From: Candidatus Microgenomates bacterium
Lineage (GTDB): Bacteria > Patescibacteriota > Microgenomatia > UBA8517
Reading direction: 5' to 3'
Assembly: GCA_049519355.1 (NCBI GenBank)
Contig: JBEKQV010000003.1
Span: forward strand, 83,646 to 147,645
DNA: 64,000 bases
Shown: positions 29,905 to 40,172 of the stretch, in pieces
Position numbering within the stretch: the first letter of the stretch is position 1
Layout of the letters: the number at the start of each line of letters is the position of its first letter
The notes under the pieces: generated by a model
The model's database searches: none
What the model was told of the DNA's origin: nothing
Seen by the model: only the letters and a program-made list of their open reading frames with translations
Program-made: the position numbers and the translations under genes

Positions 29905-31704
29905 TTATACCCCCAACTCCTTTCTTTTTTTATCTGTCCATTTTTCCGATTCCCGCCGGGCAAGCGAGTAATCATTCATATCAACCTTCATACCGGCAAA
30001 CAAGTCCGGATGAACGGCACTGGCTTGAGTCGCCATCTCCTGAACTATATGCCTGTAATGCGAACGGCCTTGGGGACCGGTCCGAAGTTCGCCCATGTAG
30101 TACATTTCTCTAGCGGTTAAGTTAACATACCAATGCTGGATATAAGCAAACGCAACAGTATACTGTGCAACTTCGGGAAATTCTTTGTGGATTAATTCAT
30201 AAACTGGAGAGACAAGCTTAAGAGCGATTTCAATTTCATTAACAAAGGGCGAGGCCAAAACCTCTTTTTCGACATCATAACCCCATTTCGTCGTAAAAGG
30301 CTGACGCTCCTGGGTAAGCAGGCGGTGTCTGTGAAGATCTCTATAGTCGCCGCCTCTTGCCCAAAGTGCAAAAGTGTATCTCGAATTCTCAAAAGCCCTG
30401 GGAACTCTTTTAAATCTTACGTCCTCTCTTTTTGGGTTGTTATTGCCGGGGCTTCTTTGTTCAAATATCCTTTCAAAGATTTTTCTTCTCTCGTCCTTCG
30501 ACATTCCGACAACTCTCGCCCGAACCTCAGAGTAGTTAGGAGACGACCCCCCACCAAATATAAAAGCCGTTAGAACATCTACTTCCCCTGTCTTTGTGTA
30601 GTCAATAAGTTTTGACCAACCACCCCTTTCCATTTCTACCACACCCTTGAATTTCTCATCGGAAATTTCGTCACGGAGTCTCCTAATGTCTTTCTTATAC
30701 TCCTGGAGTTCCTTCCCCATTGGAGTATCAACCCTTCGAATAAATGAGGGTGTTACGCGCTGCAGTTCAGAAGCGATTTTAGAACCCCAATAACGCAACT
30801 CTCCCAATGGATGTCTGGCAATCCGGTTAATCAAATATTCGTATGATCTGCCGTTGCCGTACAAACCAATATTTGTCAGCGTAGAAAAAGTCAATAAATC
30901 TCTCAAATCATCAAAAACTTTGGCCCGGCGTGATTTTTCAAATGATGCATCACTTTCGTCATCTCCTTTTGGAAAAACGTCTTTTATATAGTTAAAGTAA
31001 GGCTCTACCAATCTAGCGTAAGTTCCAAAAAGAATATCCGTCATAGCTCGATAGGAACGCTCGTATACTGTGCCCTTTATTTCTCCCGGAACAACATATT
31101 TATAATTACCATCAGGAAGCTTGTCTGCAAATGAAACATACCTTGACGATTTTTCGATTGGTGAAATTCCAATTCTTTGATCCTCAATCTCTTTGGTTGC
31201 TACATTCGAGAGCCCTTCTATACAAAGGTGGATTCCTCCAAGTTCCGATATGGAATCGTCTCCAAAATCCACAAGCCATTTATTAAAAAAGTTTCTGCCT
31301 CTTTGAATATTAACAATATAATCAATGCCTCCATTGGTGTTCAAAAAATTAATCAGCTCAACAAATTTTTGCCGCGACAGTAGCGTTTCCTGCTGTTCCT
31401 TGTGGGACAAACTCGACCAATTTTTTTGACTTTCAGGATGAACAATCGGTTCTACATACTCTTTAAGAAATGTTCTGCGCATGCTTTCGGTTGCACGGCT
31501 ATATTTCGCCGACAAAGCCCCGATTACTTCCTCAGGAAGATGTTGAACAACAAAAACAGATTGATCAATATTGCTGAAAAACGGATTTAAGTACCGGACT
31601 TCCTCCGGAGTAAATTTTTCGGAAGTATATGGGGGAGCAAATTGTTCAAGATTCTCACCTTCGACTTCTTCCCGTCTAAAACTATGTGCGGCAAATTCCG
31701 GCAT
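29905..31704 (-). CDS. thyX: Flavin-dependent thymidylate synthase ThyX, tandem two-domain form
   Basis: AKYSR, FGDDSISEL, PIEKSSRY, RDLHRHR, ELRTGPQG..HYR. Confidence 0.9.
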   Translation of the reverse strand: MPEFAAHSFRREEVEGENLEQFAPPYTSEKFTPEEVRYLNPFFSNIDQSVFVVQHLPEEVIGALSAKYSRATESMRRTFLKEYVEPIVHPESQKNWSSLSHKEQQETLLSRQKFVELINFLNTNGGIDYIVNIQRGRNFFNKWLVDFGDDSISELGGIHLCIEGLSNVATKEIEDQRIGISPIEKSSRYVSFADKLPDGNYKYVVPGEIKGTVYERSYRAMTDILFGTYARLVEPYFNYIKDVFPKGDDESDASFEKSRRAKVFDDLRDLLTFSTLTNIGLYGNGRSYEYLINRIARHPLGELRYWGSKIASELQRVTPSFIRRVDTPMGKELQEYKKDIRRLRDEISDEKFKGVVEMERGGWSKLIDYTKTGEVDVLTAFIFGGGSSPNYSEVRARVVGMSKDERRKIFERIFEQRSPGNNNPKREDVRFKRVPRAFENSRYTFALWARGGDYRDLHRHRLLTQERQPFTTKWGYDVEKEVLASPFVNEIEIALKLVSPVYELIHKEFPEVAQYTVAFAYIQHWYVNLTAREMYYMGELRTGPQGRSHYRHIVQEMATQASAVHPDLFAGMKVDMNDYSLARRESEKWTDKKRKELGV

Positions 31705-31788
31705 GATTTATTTCTTAAGAGTATTTACCAACAAATAAAAATCGTGTCAATACGCAAAGATTTACCCTCATAACTCAACAGTTAGTAT

Positions 31789-32127
31789 TTACCTTTTGTC
31801 TCCGCTTCCGTGAAGGGTTCCGCGTTTTTGGCGAGATGCAAGTTTTTCTAAATTCGCCTTAAAAACATCGGAGAATTTTATTCCCAGTTCGGTTGAAAGT
31901 TGGGCGGTATACCACATCATGTCGCCAATTTCCGCTTTAATTTCATCACGCCTCACGTTATTAATCTTTCCTTTGTCATCACGGATAAGTTTTTTAATTT
32001 TATTGGCAACTTCCCCCGCCTCTCCCATTAATCCAATGGTTGGATAAGAAAAATTTTTACCGATTTTCGGATAAACGGCGGTTTTCTTACACTGTTTTTG
32101 ATAATCATCAAAATCTGAAAAGGTCAT
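31789..32127 (-). CDS. MazG-like nucleoside triphosphate pyrophosphohydrolase
   Basis: GLMGEAGEVANKIKK, EIGDMMWY, NLEKLASR..RG.LHGSGD. Confidence 0.92.
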   Translation of the reverse strand: MTFSDFDDYQKQCKKTAVYPKIGKNFSYPTIGLMGEAGEVANKIKKLIRDDKGKINNVRRDEIKAEIGDMMWYTAQLSTELGIKFSDVFKANLEKLASRQKRGTLHGSGDKR

Positions 32128-32162
32128 TGAAAAAGATTTTATCATATATTAATGTGACGACA

Positions 32163-32717
32163 ATGCTAGTTATCGGTATAACAGGAACTTTAGGTGCGGG
32201 AAAAGGAACCATTGTTGATTATTTGGTCTGGCAAAAAGGATTTAAGCACTTCTCGGTTGGAGATTTCATTAAAGAAAGCGTTATAAAAAAGGGGTTGGAT
32301 CCAAATCGCGATAATCTCCGTGTTGTTGGCAACGAAATTAGAAAAAAATTTGGCCCTGATTATTTTACTCGAATACTTTTTGAGCGCGCAAAAAAAACTG
32401 GGTCGGATTCAATAATAGAAAGCATTAGAAATCCCAAGGAAGTAGAGTTTATTAAGAAAAATGGTGGATATTTATTCGCCGTAGATGCAAATCAGAAAAC
32501 GAGATATGAAAGAATCAAGGATAGAGGTACCACCAAAGACATGGTAACTTTTGATCAATTTAAAATTCAGGAAGAAAAAGAAGGACAATCGAAGGATCCT
32601 AACGCTCAAAATTTACCGAAATGCATATCAATGGCAGATTATAAATTTGACAATAATGGTAGTATAAAAAAACTTTATGAAGAAGTCGAAAAAGTCATCA
32701 ACAAAATCAAAAGTTAA
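32163..32717 (+). CDS. P-loop nucleoside monophosphate kinase (dephospho-CoA/dNMP kinase-like)
   Basis: IGITGTLGAGKGT, IIESIRNPKEV, RYERI; start placed at MLVIG. Confidence 0.85.
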   Translation: MLVIGITGTLGAGKGTIVDYLVWQKGFKHFSVGDFIKESVIKKGLDPNRDNLRVVGNEIRKKFGPDYFTRILFERAKKTGSDSIIESIRNPKEVEFIKKNGGYLFAVDANQKTRYERIKDRGTTKDMVTFDQFKIQEEKEGQSKDPNAQNLPKCISMADYKFDNNGSIKKLYEEVEKVINKIKS

Positions 32718-32718
32718 A

Positions 32719-33213
32719 ATGATTCGAAAATATGCACGTCCCACTTGGGATGATTATTTTATGGAAGTTGCCGATGCCGTTTCCAAAAGAGCAACATGCG
32801 ACAGGGCAAGAAGCGGCTGTGTAATTGCTAAAGATAAACAAATACTGGCGACGGGTTATGTCGGTTCACCAATGGGGTTTCCCCACTGTGACGATGTCGG
32901 CCACGATCTCAGGAAAGCCTTCAATGAAGACGGAACAATTTCACAACACTGTGTTAGAACCGTCCACGCGGAACAAAATGCGATTTGCCAGGCAGCAAAA
33001 CGCGGGGTTTCTATCGATGGTGCAACCGTTTACTGCCGAATGACACCCTGCCGGGTTTGTACAATGCTGCTAATAAATTGTGGTATTAAAAGAGTTTATG
33101 CGGAAAGAAAATATCATACCGGGCGTGAATCCGAAAAGATCTTCAAAAAGGCTGGAATAAAAATCGTATATAAATATAACGAGATTCAGAAATACGCGAA
33201 TCAAAAGGCTTAA
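32719..33213 (+). CDS. dCMP deaminase (ComEB-like)
   Basis: RPTWDDYFM, RATCDR, HAEQNA, PCRVC; alternative start at 32677. Confidence 0.93.
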   Translation: MIRKYARPTWDDYFMEVADAVSKRATCDRARSGCVIAKDKQILATGYVGSPMGFPHCDDVGHDLRKAFNEDGTISQHCVRTVHAEQNAICQAAKRGVSIDGATVYCRMTPCRVCTMLLINCGIKRVYAERKYHTGRESEKIFKKAGIKIVYKYNEIQKYANQKA

Positions 33214-35159
33214 TTAGTACCTGGTGCCGCTTCTTCTTTCTTGGGGCTTCTCCAACTCGCCCATTTGCAATCGGGGTAGCGTGAACAGCCAAAAAACTTT
33301 CTGCCCTTTCCCGTCTTTTTGACAATCACATCCCCGATTTTACATTCGGGACATTTAACTCCGACTTTTTCCAAATATTTTTCCGTGTATTTGCAATCGG
33401 GAAAACGGGAACAGGAAATAAACTTACCGAATCTTCCGGTCCGGACAACCAACTCTCCGATTCCACATTCCGGGCATTTTTTACCGAGCTTCTCAACTTC
33501 AATCTTTACCCTTTTTGCATTTTTCTCAACCTCCGATAGCCTCTTTTCAAAAGGTCCGTAAAATTCCTTAATCGGCGTCTCCCATTTAAGAATCCCATTG
33601 GCAATATCGTCAAGTTCCCCTTCCATCTGTGCAGTAAATTGATATTCAAAAATTCCGGGGAAATTATCAATCAAAAAATCATTAACTGCAACTCCGATTG
33701 CCGTCGGGACAAATTGCTTGCTGTCATTTTTCTCTACATAATTCCTAATTTGAATAGTAGAAATAGTCGGGGCATAAGTCGATGGCCGACCTATACCCAA
33801 CTTTTCCAAAGTTTTAATTAGCGAAGCCTCGTTATATCTTGCCGGCGGCTGGGTAAACTTTTGTTCCCCCCAAGTTTTTATTAAATCGAGACTCTCATCC
33901 TTCGAAACTTCGGGCAAAACTATAGCCGCTTCCGAATCCAACTTGCTCGGAATTACTTTTCTCCAACCGTCGAAATTCATGATTTGCCCGGAAGCTCTCA
34001 AAAGATAAACTCCCGCCGAAACATCGATTGTGGTTTCATCATAGATAGAAGGTGTCATCTGGCAGGCGACAAACCTCCGCCAAATCAAATCATAAAGTTT
34101 CGAAAAGTCTTGCTCTTCCAAGTTTATTTGATGATTGGAAACATCCGTCGGACGGATTGCTTCATGAGCTTCCTGCGCAACTTTTGAGGTAGTCTTGTAA
34201 AAACGCGGTTTTTCGGGCAAATATTTGTCCCCATACTCTTTCTTAATAAAATCGCGGGCCTTGCCAACTGCCGCCGCATTCAAATTAAGTGAATCGGTTC
34301 TATGATATGTAATCAAACCTTCCTCATATAATTTTTGGGCGATCGACATTGTCTTTTTGGATGACCATCCAAAAATTCTGGCTCCGGCCTGTGTCATTGT
34401 CGAAGTTGTAAAAGGAGCATAAGGACTTTTTACGATCTGCCGTTTTCTGACATCGACAACTTTATACTTTTCTTTCCCGAGTTCCCCTAAAATTTTATCC
34501 GACTCGGCCTTGGTCTTAACTTTGGCATTTTTATCGCCAATATTTACAAGCTGGACTGTAAATTCACTTTTGCCCTTAACTGTTGAGAAAATTTCCCAAT
34601 ATTCTTCTGACCTAAATTTTTCGATTTCCCTTTCCTTTTCAACAATCAACCGCACAGCAACCGATTGAACCCTTCCGGCTGAAAGTCCGACTCTTACCTT
34701 TTTCCAAAGCAGAGGGGAAAGTTTGTACCCCACAAGCCGGTCCAAAACACGCCTTGCCGTCTGGGCATCAACTAAATTTGTATCAATATCCCGAGGATTA
34801 TTAAGTGCTTCTTCAACCGCTTCCTTCGTAATTTCATGAAAAGTAATTCTTTCAATCTTATGCTTTCCGTCGATAATTTCTTTTACATGAGAGGCAATTG
34901 CTTCACCTTCGCGGTCAGGATCGGAGGCAATATAAGTAACTTTCGCTTTTTTACTTTTGGCGATAAGGTCGTTTATTGTCTGCTCTCTTTTCGGAACATC
35001 TACATACTGTGGAGCGAAATTATGCTCTATATCAACACCCAAGGTGCTTTTGGGCAAGTCCTTAATATGCCCCATTGTTGCCTCAACGTCGTAATCTGGC
35101 CCGAGAAAACGGCCCAGTGTTTTGGCTTTTGTTGGTGACTCGACGATAATTAAATCCAT
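33210..35159 (-). CDS. topA: DNA topoisomerase I with two C-terminal zinc ribbons
   Basis: LIIVESPTKAKT, DPDREGE, SAGRVQS, LITYHRTDS, GIGRPSTY; start placed at MDLIIV. Confidence 0.98.
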   Translation of the reverse strand: MDLIIVESPTKAKTLGRFLGPDYDVEATMGHIKDLPKSTLGVDIEHNFAPQYVDVPKREQTINDLIAKSKKAKVTYIASDPDREGEAIASHVKEIIDGKHKIERITFHEITKEAVEEALNNPRDIDTNLVDAQTARRVLDRLVGYKLSPLLWKKVRVGLSAGRVQSVAVRLIVEKEREIEKFRSEEYWEIFSTVKGKSEFTVQLVNIGDKNAKVKTKAESDKILGELGKEKYKVVDVRKRQIVKSPYAPFTTSTMTQAGARIFGWSSKKTMSIAQKLYEEGLITYHRTDSLNLNAAAVGKARDFIKKEYGDKYLPEKPRFYKTTSKVAQEAHEAIRPTDVSNHQINLEEQDFSKLYDLIWRRFVACQMTPSIYDETTIDVSAGVYLLRASGQIMNFDGWRKVIPSKLDSEAAIVLPEVSKDESLDLIKTWGEQKFTQPPARYNEASLIKTLEKLGIGRPSTYAPTISTIQIRNYVEKNDSKQFVPTAIGVAVNDFLIDNFPGIFEYQFTAQMEGELDDIANGILKWETPIKEFYGPFEKRLSEVEKNAKRVKIEVEKLGKKCPECGIGELVVRTGRFGKFISCSRFPDCKYTEKYLEKVGVKCPECKIGDVIVKKTGKGRKFFGCSRYPDCKWASWRSPKKEEAAPGTN

Positions 35160-35160
35160 A

Positions 35161-35290
35161 TTAGATTTTCTTATAAATTCCACGCCCAATATCTTTTACC
35201 ATCCTTCCACTCCCATGATTGTCAGTCTAGCAGAAATATCTGTGGTTTTGGCACCTGATATTCTAACAAGCATATCAATATATAAGTTCG
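35161..35290 (-). pseudogene. dprA: Remnant of the dprA/smf C-terminal winged-helix domain, frameshifted
   Basis: Manual translation gives LYIDMLVRISGAKTTDISARLTIMGVEG, then a frameshift, then MVKDIGRGIYKKI*; lies in the usual dprA position just upstream of topA. Confidence 0.7.
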
Positions 35291-35335
35291 GTCTGTTCTA
35301 GTTTAAACAATTAACTCCTCCTGATAAAGAACAAA

Positions 35336-36949
35336 TTATTGACTGCTTTGCGAAGAGAAGTACTCATTGGCAATTGTTCTGGCAACGGGTCCAGCAACCG
35401 ATGAACCCTCTCCGCCGCGCTCAAATAAAACCGTAACAACTATCTGAGGATTATCGGCAGGAGCAAAAAAAGTAAACCATGCATGTGGAATTCCGTCGGT
35501 TTCAACCTCAGCAGTCCCAGTTTTACAAGCTACCTGCATTCCGTTGTGAGTCGCGGCAAAATCAAAAAAAGTAAAGGCTGTTCCTCCTGTCGAACAAGCA
35601 TCTTCCATCCCCTGTTTTATTAAGTCCAAATTATTTTTAGAAACGGCAACCGTGTGACAAACCGCGGAGCTCGCGGCATCAAACGTCGGTTGGCAAATTT
35701 TGCCTCCTTCCGCAATTCCGGAAATATAAGTATTAAGTTCAACCGGAGTTATAGAAACATCCCCCTGACCTATTGCCATATGGTATGTGTCGCCCAAAAA
35801 CCACGACTCATCTTTGGTTGCCTGCTTCCATTCGGGAGTCGGGATTAGTCCTTCCGTTTCTCCCGGAATATCGATGCCGGTTGGAGCGTTCAAACCGAAT
35901 TTGTCGGCCCATTTTGCAATCGCATCCGGCCCGACCATTTGCCCAACCTTATAGAAAAAGGTATCGGTCGAGCGGGCAATAGCACGGACCAAACCGATAT
36001 TACCTTCGGTTCTTCCATACTCGGTAAAATACCAGTTTTTATAGGAAAAACCATTTACATTAATAACGCCCGGATCGTTGAAAATAAAATTCTTATCAAT
36101 TGCTCCTTCTTCCAACGCCGCTATTGCCACGATGGGTTTAAAAACGGAGCCCGGATGAAAAGTTCCGCTAACGACTCTATCCAGAAGAGGAAGATTAGAA
36201 TCGGTTAGGGACGGCACCAAATTGGTAGGGTCAAAGCTCGGTGAAGAATAAAAAGCCAAAATTTGCCCTTGAGGGTTTGTAACAATCACTCCGCCCTTTT
36301 TACCACCCATATTGGAAGCAACCAACGACTGCAAATTATAATCAATCGTAGTCTTAAGATCCTGTCCCGGAATTGGATCCCGTCTTCCCAACACTCTAAC
36401 TTCGTGTCCGCTCGTATTAACCTCAATAAGCTCCTCACCCGGAATCCCCCTTAACTGACAATCGTAATGTTCTTCCAGGCCTGTCGTTCCGACAAGATCT
36501 CCCAAGTTAAAAGGACCTTTGTCCGGACAATTCGGATCAATTTTCCCTATCTCACCACTCCCAACAACCGACAAGTATCCAACCGCATGAGCTGCAACAT
36601 CTCCCAAGGGATAAACTCTTTTATAATCTGTTACCATTTCCTCCAGTGTTGCATCCGTCAAGTCATCTGAGATGGTAAAACCGCTTTGTTCACTAAATAT
36701 TATCCTTTTCTGAATTCCGACGTTTCCCGCCAAGACTTCTCCGCCGCTTGCCAAAATCTGGCCTCTGGGAGCGGGAATCGGTACATGTCTAATCCTGTTC
36801 TCTTGAGAAAGTGTCCGGTAATAGTCACCTTTTATTATTTGAATTTCGAAAAGTTTCGTAAGGAGAATTAAAAATAGAAGAATTAAGATTCCTCTTAAAA
36901 ACCAGGAAAGCCAGGATTGATTATTGCTCGAGGCCAAAGAATTCATCAA
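35336..36949 (-). CDS. mrdA: Penicillin-binding protein 2 (class B)
   Basis: APRGQI, PGSVFK (SxxK), STDTFFY, KTGTAE, HAWF. Confidence 0.92.
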   Translation of the reverse strand: MMNSLASSNNQSWLSWFLRGILILLFLILLTKLFEIQIIKGDYYRTLSQENRIRHVPIPAPRGQILASGGEVLAGNVGIQKRIIFSEQSGFTISDDLTDATLEEMVTDYKRVYPLGDVAAHAVGYLSVVGSGEIGKIDPNCPDKGPFNLGDLVGTTGLEEHYDCQLRGIPGEELIEVNTSGHEVRVLGRRDPIPGQDLKTTIDYNLQSLVASNMGGKKGGVIVTNPQGQILAFYSSPSFDPTNLVPSLTDSNLPLLDRVVSGTFHPGSVFKPIVAIAALEEGAIDKNFIFNDPGVINVNGFSYKNWYFTEYGRTEGNIGLVRAIARSTDTFFYKVGQMVGPDAIAKWADKFGLNAPTGIDIPGETEGLIPTPEWKQATKDESWFLGDTYHMAIGQGDVSITPVELNTYISGIAEGGKICQPTFDAASSAVCHTVAVSKNNLDLIKQGMEDACSTGGTAFTFFDFAATHNGMQVACKTGTAEVETDGIPHAWFTFFAPADNPQIVVTVLFERGGEGSSVAGPVARTIANEYFSSQSSQ

Positions 36950-36953
36950 GCTA

Positions 36954-38033
36954 TTATAACCCCTTTGTTACCCTCATCCTTTTAAGAAGTCCGTTATCCT
37001 CCAAACAAGCACCACAGCCGCGGACAACACAGGTTAACGGATCATCGGCAATCCAAACAGGCATTTTTGTCGCCTCCGAAATCACCTTATCAATCCCCGG
37101 GATTAAAGACCCGCCTCCGGCTAAAGTAATTCCGCGCTCCATTATGTCACTTGTCAGCTCCGGCGGAGTTTCTTCCAATGTATCAACAATGTTACCGATA
37201 ATTTCCTGGATGATGGGACTTAGTGCCTCCTGAATCTCGCCGCTTGTAAGCTTAATAGACTTCGGAAGTCCCACTTCAAGATCCCTACCTCTGACGACCG
37301 CGAATCTATCTTTCTTCTCGGTTCCTTCCTTCGTTCTACCCGCCGATCCGATTGCAAACTTTACCGCCTCAGCAGTTGGCTGGCCCAAAAGCAAAGAGTA
37401 CTTAAGTCTGACATAACTAATTATCGCCTCATCCATTTCATCGCCGGCAACTCTGACACTTCTTCCAAGAACCATTCCACCCAGTGAGATTACGGCAATC
37501 TCGCTTGTTCCGCCGCCAATATCAACAATAAAAGTTCCTTCAGGCCCTTCAATAGGAAGCTTTGCACCAATCGCCGCCGCCATCGGCTCTTCAATCAAAT
37601 TTGCCTCTCTCGCACCGGCATCCAAACACGCATCAGCAACAGCTCTTCTTTCGACTTCGGTAACCCCCGACGGAATTCCGATTACAACTTTAGGACGGGG
37701 AATTTTTGGCATGGCGCTACCTGACTCATGAACTTTTTTAATGTAATAAGTAAGCATTGCCGCAGTTGCGTCAAAATCCGCAATAACCCCGTCCCGGAGC
37801 GGGCGTATTACTTCAATAGAGGCCGGAGCACGCCCCAGCATTTTTTTTGCAGAGGCGCCAATTGCCAAAATTTCTTTTGATTTTTTATGTCTTGCGACCG
37901 CCGAGGGTTCACGAATTACTATTCCTTTGCCTTTTACGTAAACCAAAGTATTAGCGGTTCCCAAATCAATTCCAATATCATGCGAGAAAAGTCCTAATAG
38001 TTGATCGATGGGGTTATAAAATTTCATCCGCAA
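36954..38033 (-). CDS. mreB: Rod shape-determining protein MreB
   Basis: IGIDLGTANT, RPLRDGVIADF, EEPMAAAIGA, DIGGGT, GGGS. Confidence 0.98.
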   Translation of the reverse strand: MRMKFYNPIDQLLGLFSHDIGIDLGTANTLVYVKGKGIVIREPSAVARHKKSKEILAIGASAKKMLGRAPASIEVIRPLRDGVIADFDATAAMLTYYIKKVHESGSAMPKIPRPKVVIGIPSGVTEVERRAVADACLDAGAREANLIEEPMAAAIGAKLPIEGPEGTFIVDIGGGTSEIAVISLGGMVLGRSVRVAGDEMDEAIISYVRLKYSLLLGQPTAEAVKFAIGSAGRTKEGTEKKDRFAVVRGRDLEVGLPKSIKLTSGEIQEALSPIIQEIIGNIVDTLEETPPELTSDIMERGITLAGGGSLIPGIDKVISEATKMPVWIADDPLTCVVRGCGACLEDNGLLKRMRVTKGL

Positions 38034-38103
38034 CGCAGTATACCTATTTAACGGAAAGTTGCAAAGGGTTTTTGGCAGAAAACTTTATGTTACAATCGTA
38101 TAA

Positions 38104-40125
38104 GTGAAGGCGTATCAAAAAATAATCTTTTGGCTTTTTGCAATCCTTCTTTTTTTCGTTCCCTTAATTCTTTGGCCTTTTACTTCCGAAGTTTTCGAAT
38201 TCAATAAAATGGTTCTGGTTTATATTTTGACAACTTTAATTACAGGGACGTGGTTGGCCGAAATGATAATTGAAAAGAAATTTGTATTCCGTCGCACAAT
38301 ATTGGATATACCGATACTTGCTTTCATAGGATCGCAAATAATTTCAACAATTCTTTCAATCGATCCTTTGACATCTTTCCTTGGATACTATTCAAGATTT
38401 AACGGCGGACTTGCCTCCGTCTTTTGCTATGCCCTTCTCTACTGGGCTTTCGTAAGTGTCATCGATATAAAACAAACGATGAAATTAATCTACATCACAT
38501 TAGGTTCCGCCACATTGGTTGCAATTTATGGAGTATTGGAACATTTCGGAATCGATAAAAATCTTTGGGTTCAGGATGTCCAATCGAGAGTTTTTTCAAC
38601 CCTCGGGCAACCGAATTGGCTCGCTGCATGGTTAATTGCCCTTACCCCCGCCACCTGGTACTTAATTTTGACAACCAATTTTAATTTCAGGGATTATAAA
38701 TTCTGGCTTTATTTTTCGCTCTCGATTCTTTTATTCTGGACGACAATATTCACAAAATCCCGATCGGGTTATCTTGGTTTTGCAACCGCCTTTATAATCT
38801 TTTGGGCTCTGGCAGTCTGGAAAAAGAAAAAGGATGAAATCGGGAAACTTATTATTCCTTTTATAATTATCGGCGTTAGCGTCTTTGCTGTTTGTTTGAT
38901 TAGCGGAACCGAATTAACCCCAAGCATCGGGCAACTCATTAGCCATAAGCCCGCCACCGCTCTGACAGACACAAGTACAACCGCACTTGAAACCGGGGGC
39001 ACGGAATCCGGCACTATAAGAAAAATAGTCTGGAAAGGTGCAATTCAAGTCTGGCTGCACTATCCCATTTTCGGAACTGGTATCGAAACTTTTGCCTTTT
39101 CTTATTTTAAGTACAGACCTCCCGAACATAACTTAACCAGCGAGTGGCAATTTATCTACAATAAAGCCCACAACGAATATCTCAATTTTATGGCCAATTC
39201 CGGCACCGTCGGAATTCTGACTTATCTTTCTGTAATCGGGTTTTCAATTTATGTTTTTGTCAAAAATCGTAAAAATTTACTTATCGTCAGTTTATTTGCG
39301 GGTTACCTAAGCTTGCTTGTCACAAATTTCTTCGGTTTCTCTGTCGTACCTACTCAACTCGAACTCTTTTTATTCCCTGCTATGGCATTTGTAATCGCCA
39401 AAGAATTACCTACCTCCGGAAACAAATCCGATAATCTCAACGGAATTCAAAAATTTTTCCTATTGGTTATTGTCTTTTGCGGATTATCGGTTTTATTTGC
39501 TATCGGTAAATACTGGTACGCCGATACCCTTTATGCTTCAGGGAAAGCATACAATTCCGTTGGCAAGCCCGATGTTGCAACAAATTATCTAACCCGCGCC
39601 ATAAGTCTGGAACCCGGGCAGCCTTGGTACTACAGCGAACTTGCCAACTCTTACGCAAGCCTGGCTGTAGGACTCAATCAGGCCAAAGATACTGCTGACG
39701 CTCAAAAATATAGCGATCTTGCCGTTACCACATCCGATAAAGTCGCCGCTCTTGCACCCGCGAACTTCATTTTCAAAATGTCCAGGTTCGGAGTTTTTGT
39801 AATGCTCTCAACCGTAAATCCCAATTATCTCCTTCAAGCCCAGGCGGCACTCCTTGATGCAATAAACTCCGCACCAACTTACGCCAGCCTTTATTACAAC
39901 CTGGGGCTAACTTACGCCCGCACTAATCAAACCGACTTGGCAATTCAAGCCCTTCAAAAAGCGATCGAGCTGAAAGCCGATTACGCAGATGCCAGGCTCG
40001 CTTATGCCATCCTTCTTATCGGCCAAAAACAAAACGCGGAAGCTAAGGTCCAACTTAACTATATCCTGACTAAGATTGACCCGAATAACTCCCTCGCCAA
40101 ACAAACCCTCGCAAGCATCAAGTAA
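38104..40125 (+). CDS. O-antigen ligase-like (Wzy_C) membrane protein with C-terminal TPR repeats
   Basis: RVFSTLGQPNWL, TKSRSG, IR.IVW, GTGIETF, KAHNEYL; TPR YYNLGLTY. Confidence 0.9.
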   Translation: MKAYQKIIFWLFAILLFFVPLILWPFTSEVFEFNKMVLVYILTTLITGTWLAEMIIEKKFVFRRTILDIPILAFIGSQIISTILSIDPLTSFLGYYSRFNGGLASVFCYALLYWAFVSVIDIKQTMKLIYITLGSATLVAIYGVLEHFGIDKNLWVQDVQSRVFSTLGQPNWLAAWLIALTPATWYLILTTNFNFRDYKFWLYFSLSILLFWTTIFTKSRSGYLGFATAFIIFWALAVWKKKKDEIGKLIIPFIIIGVSVFAVCLISGTELTPSIGQLISHKPATALTDTSTTALETGGTESGTIRKIVWKGAIQVWLHYPIFGTGIETFAFSYFKYRPPEHNLTSEWQFIYNKAHNEYLNFMANSGTVGILTYLSVIGFSIYVFVKNRKNLLIVSLFAGYLSLLVTNFFGFSVVPTQLELFLFPAMAFVIAKELPTSGNKSDNLNGIQKFFLLVIVFCGLSVLFAIGKYWYADTLYASGKAYNSVGKPDVATNYLTRAISLEPGQPWYYSELANSYASLAVGLNQAKDTADAQKYSDLAVTTSDKVAALAPANFIFKMSRFGVFVMLSTVNPNYLLQAQAALLDAINSAPTYASLYYNLGLTYARTNQTDLAIQALQKAIELKADYADARLAYAILLIGQKQNAEAKVQLNYILTKIDPNNSLAKQTLASIK

Positions 40126-40172
40126 AACACTTTCGCCCCTAAGATAGGCGTAAAATGATATAATTAGGCCGT

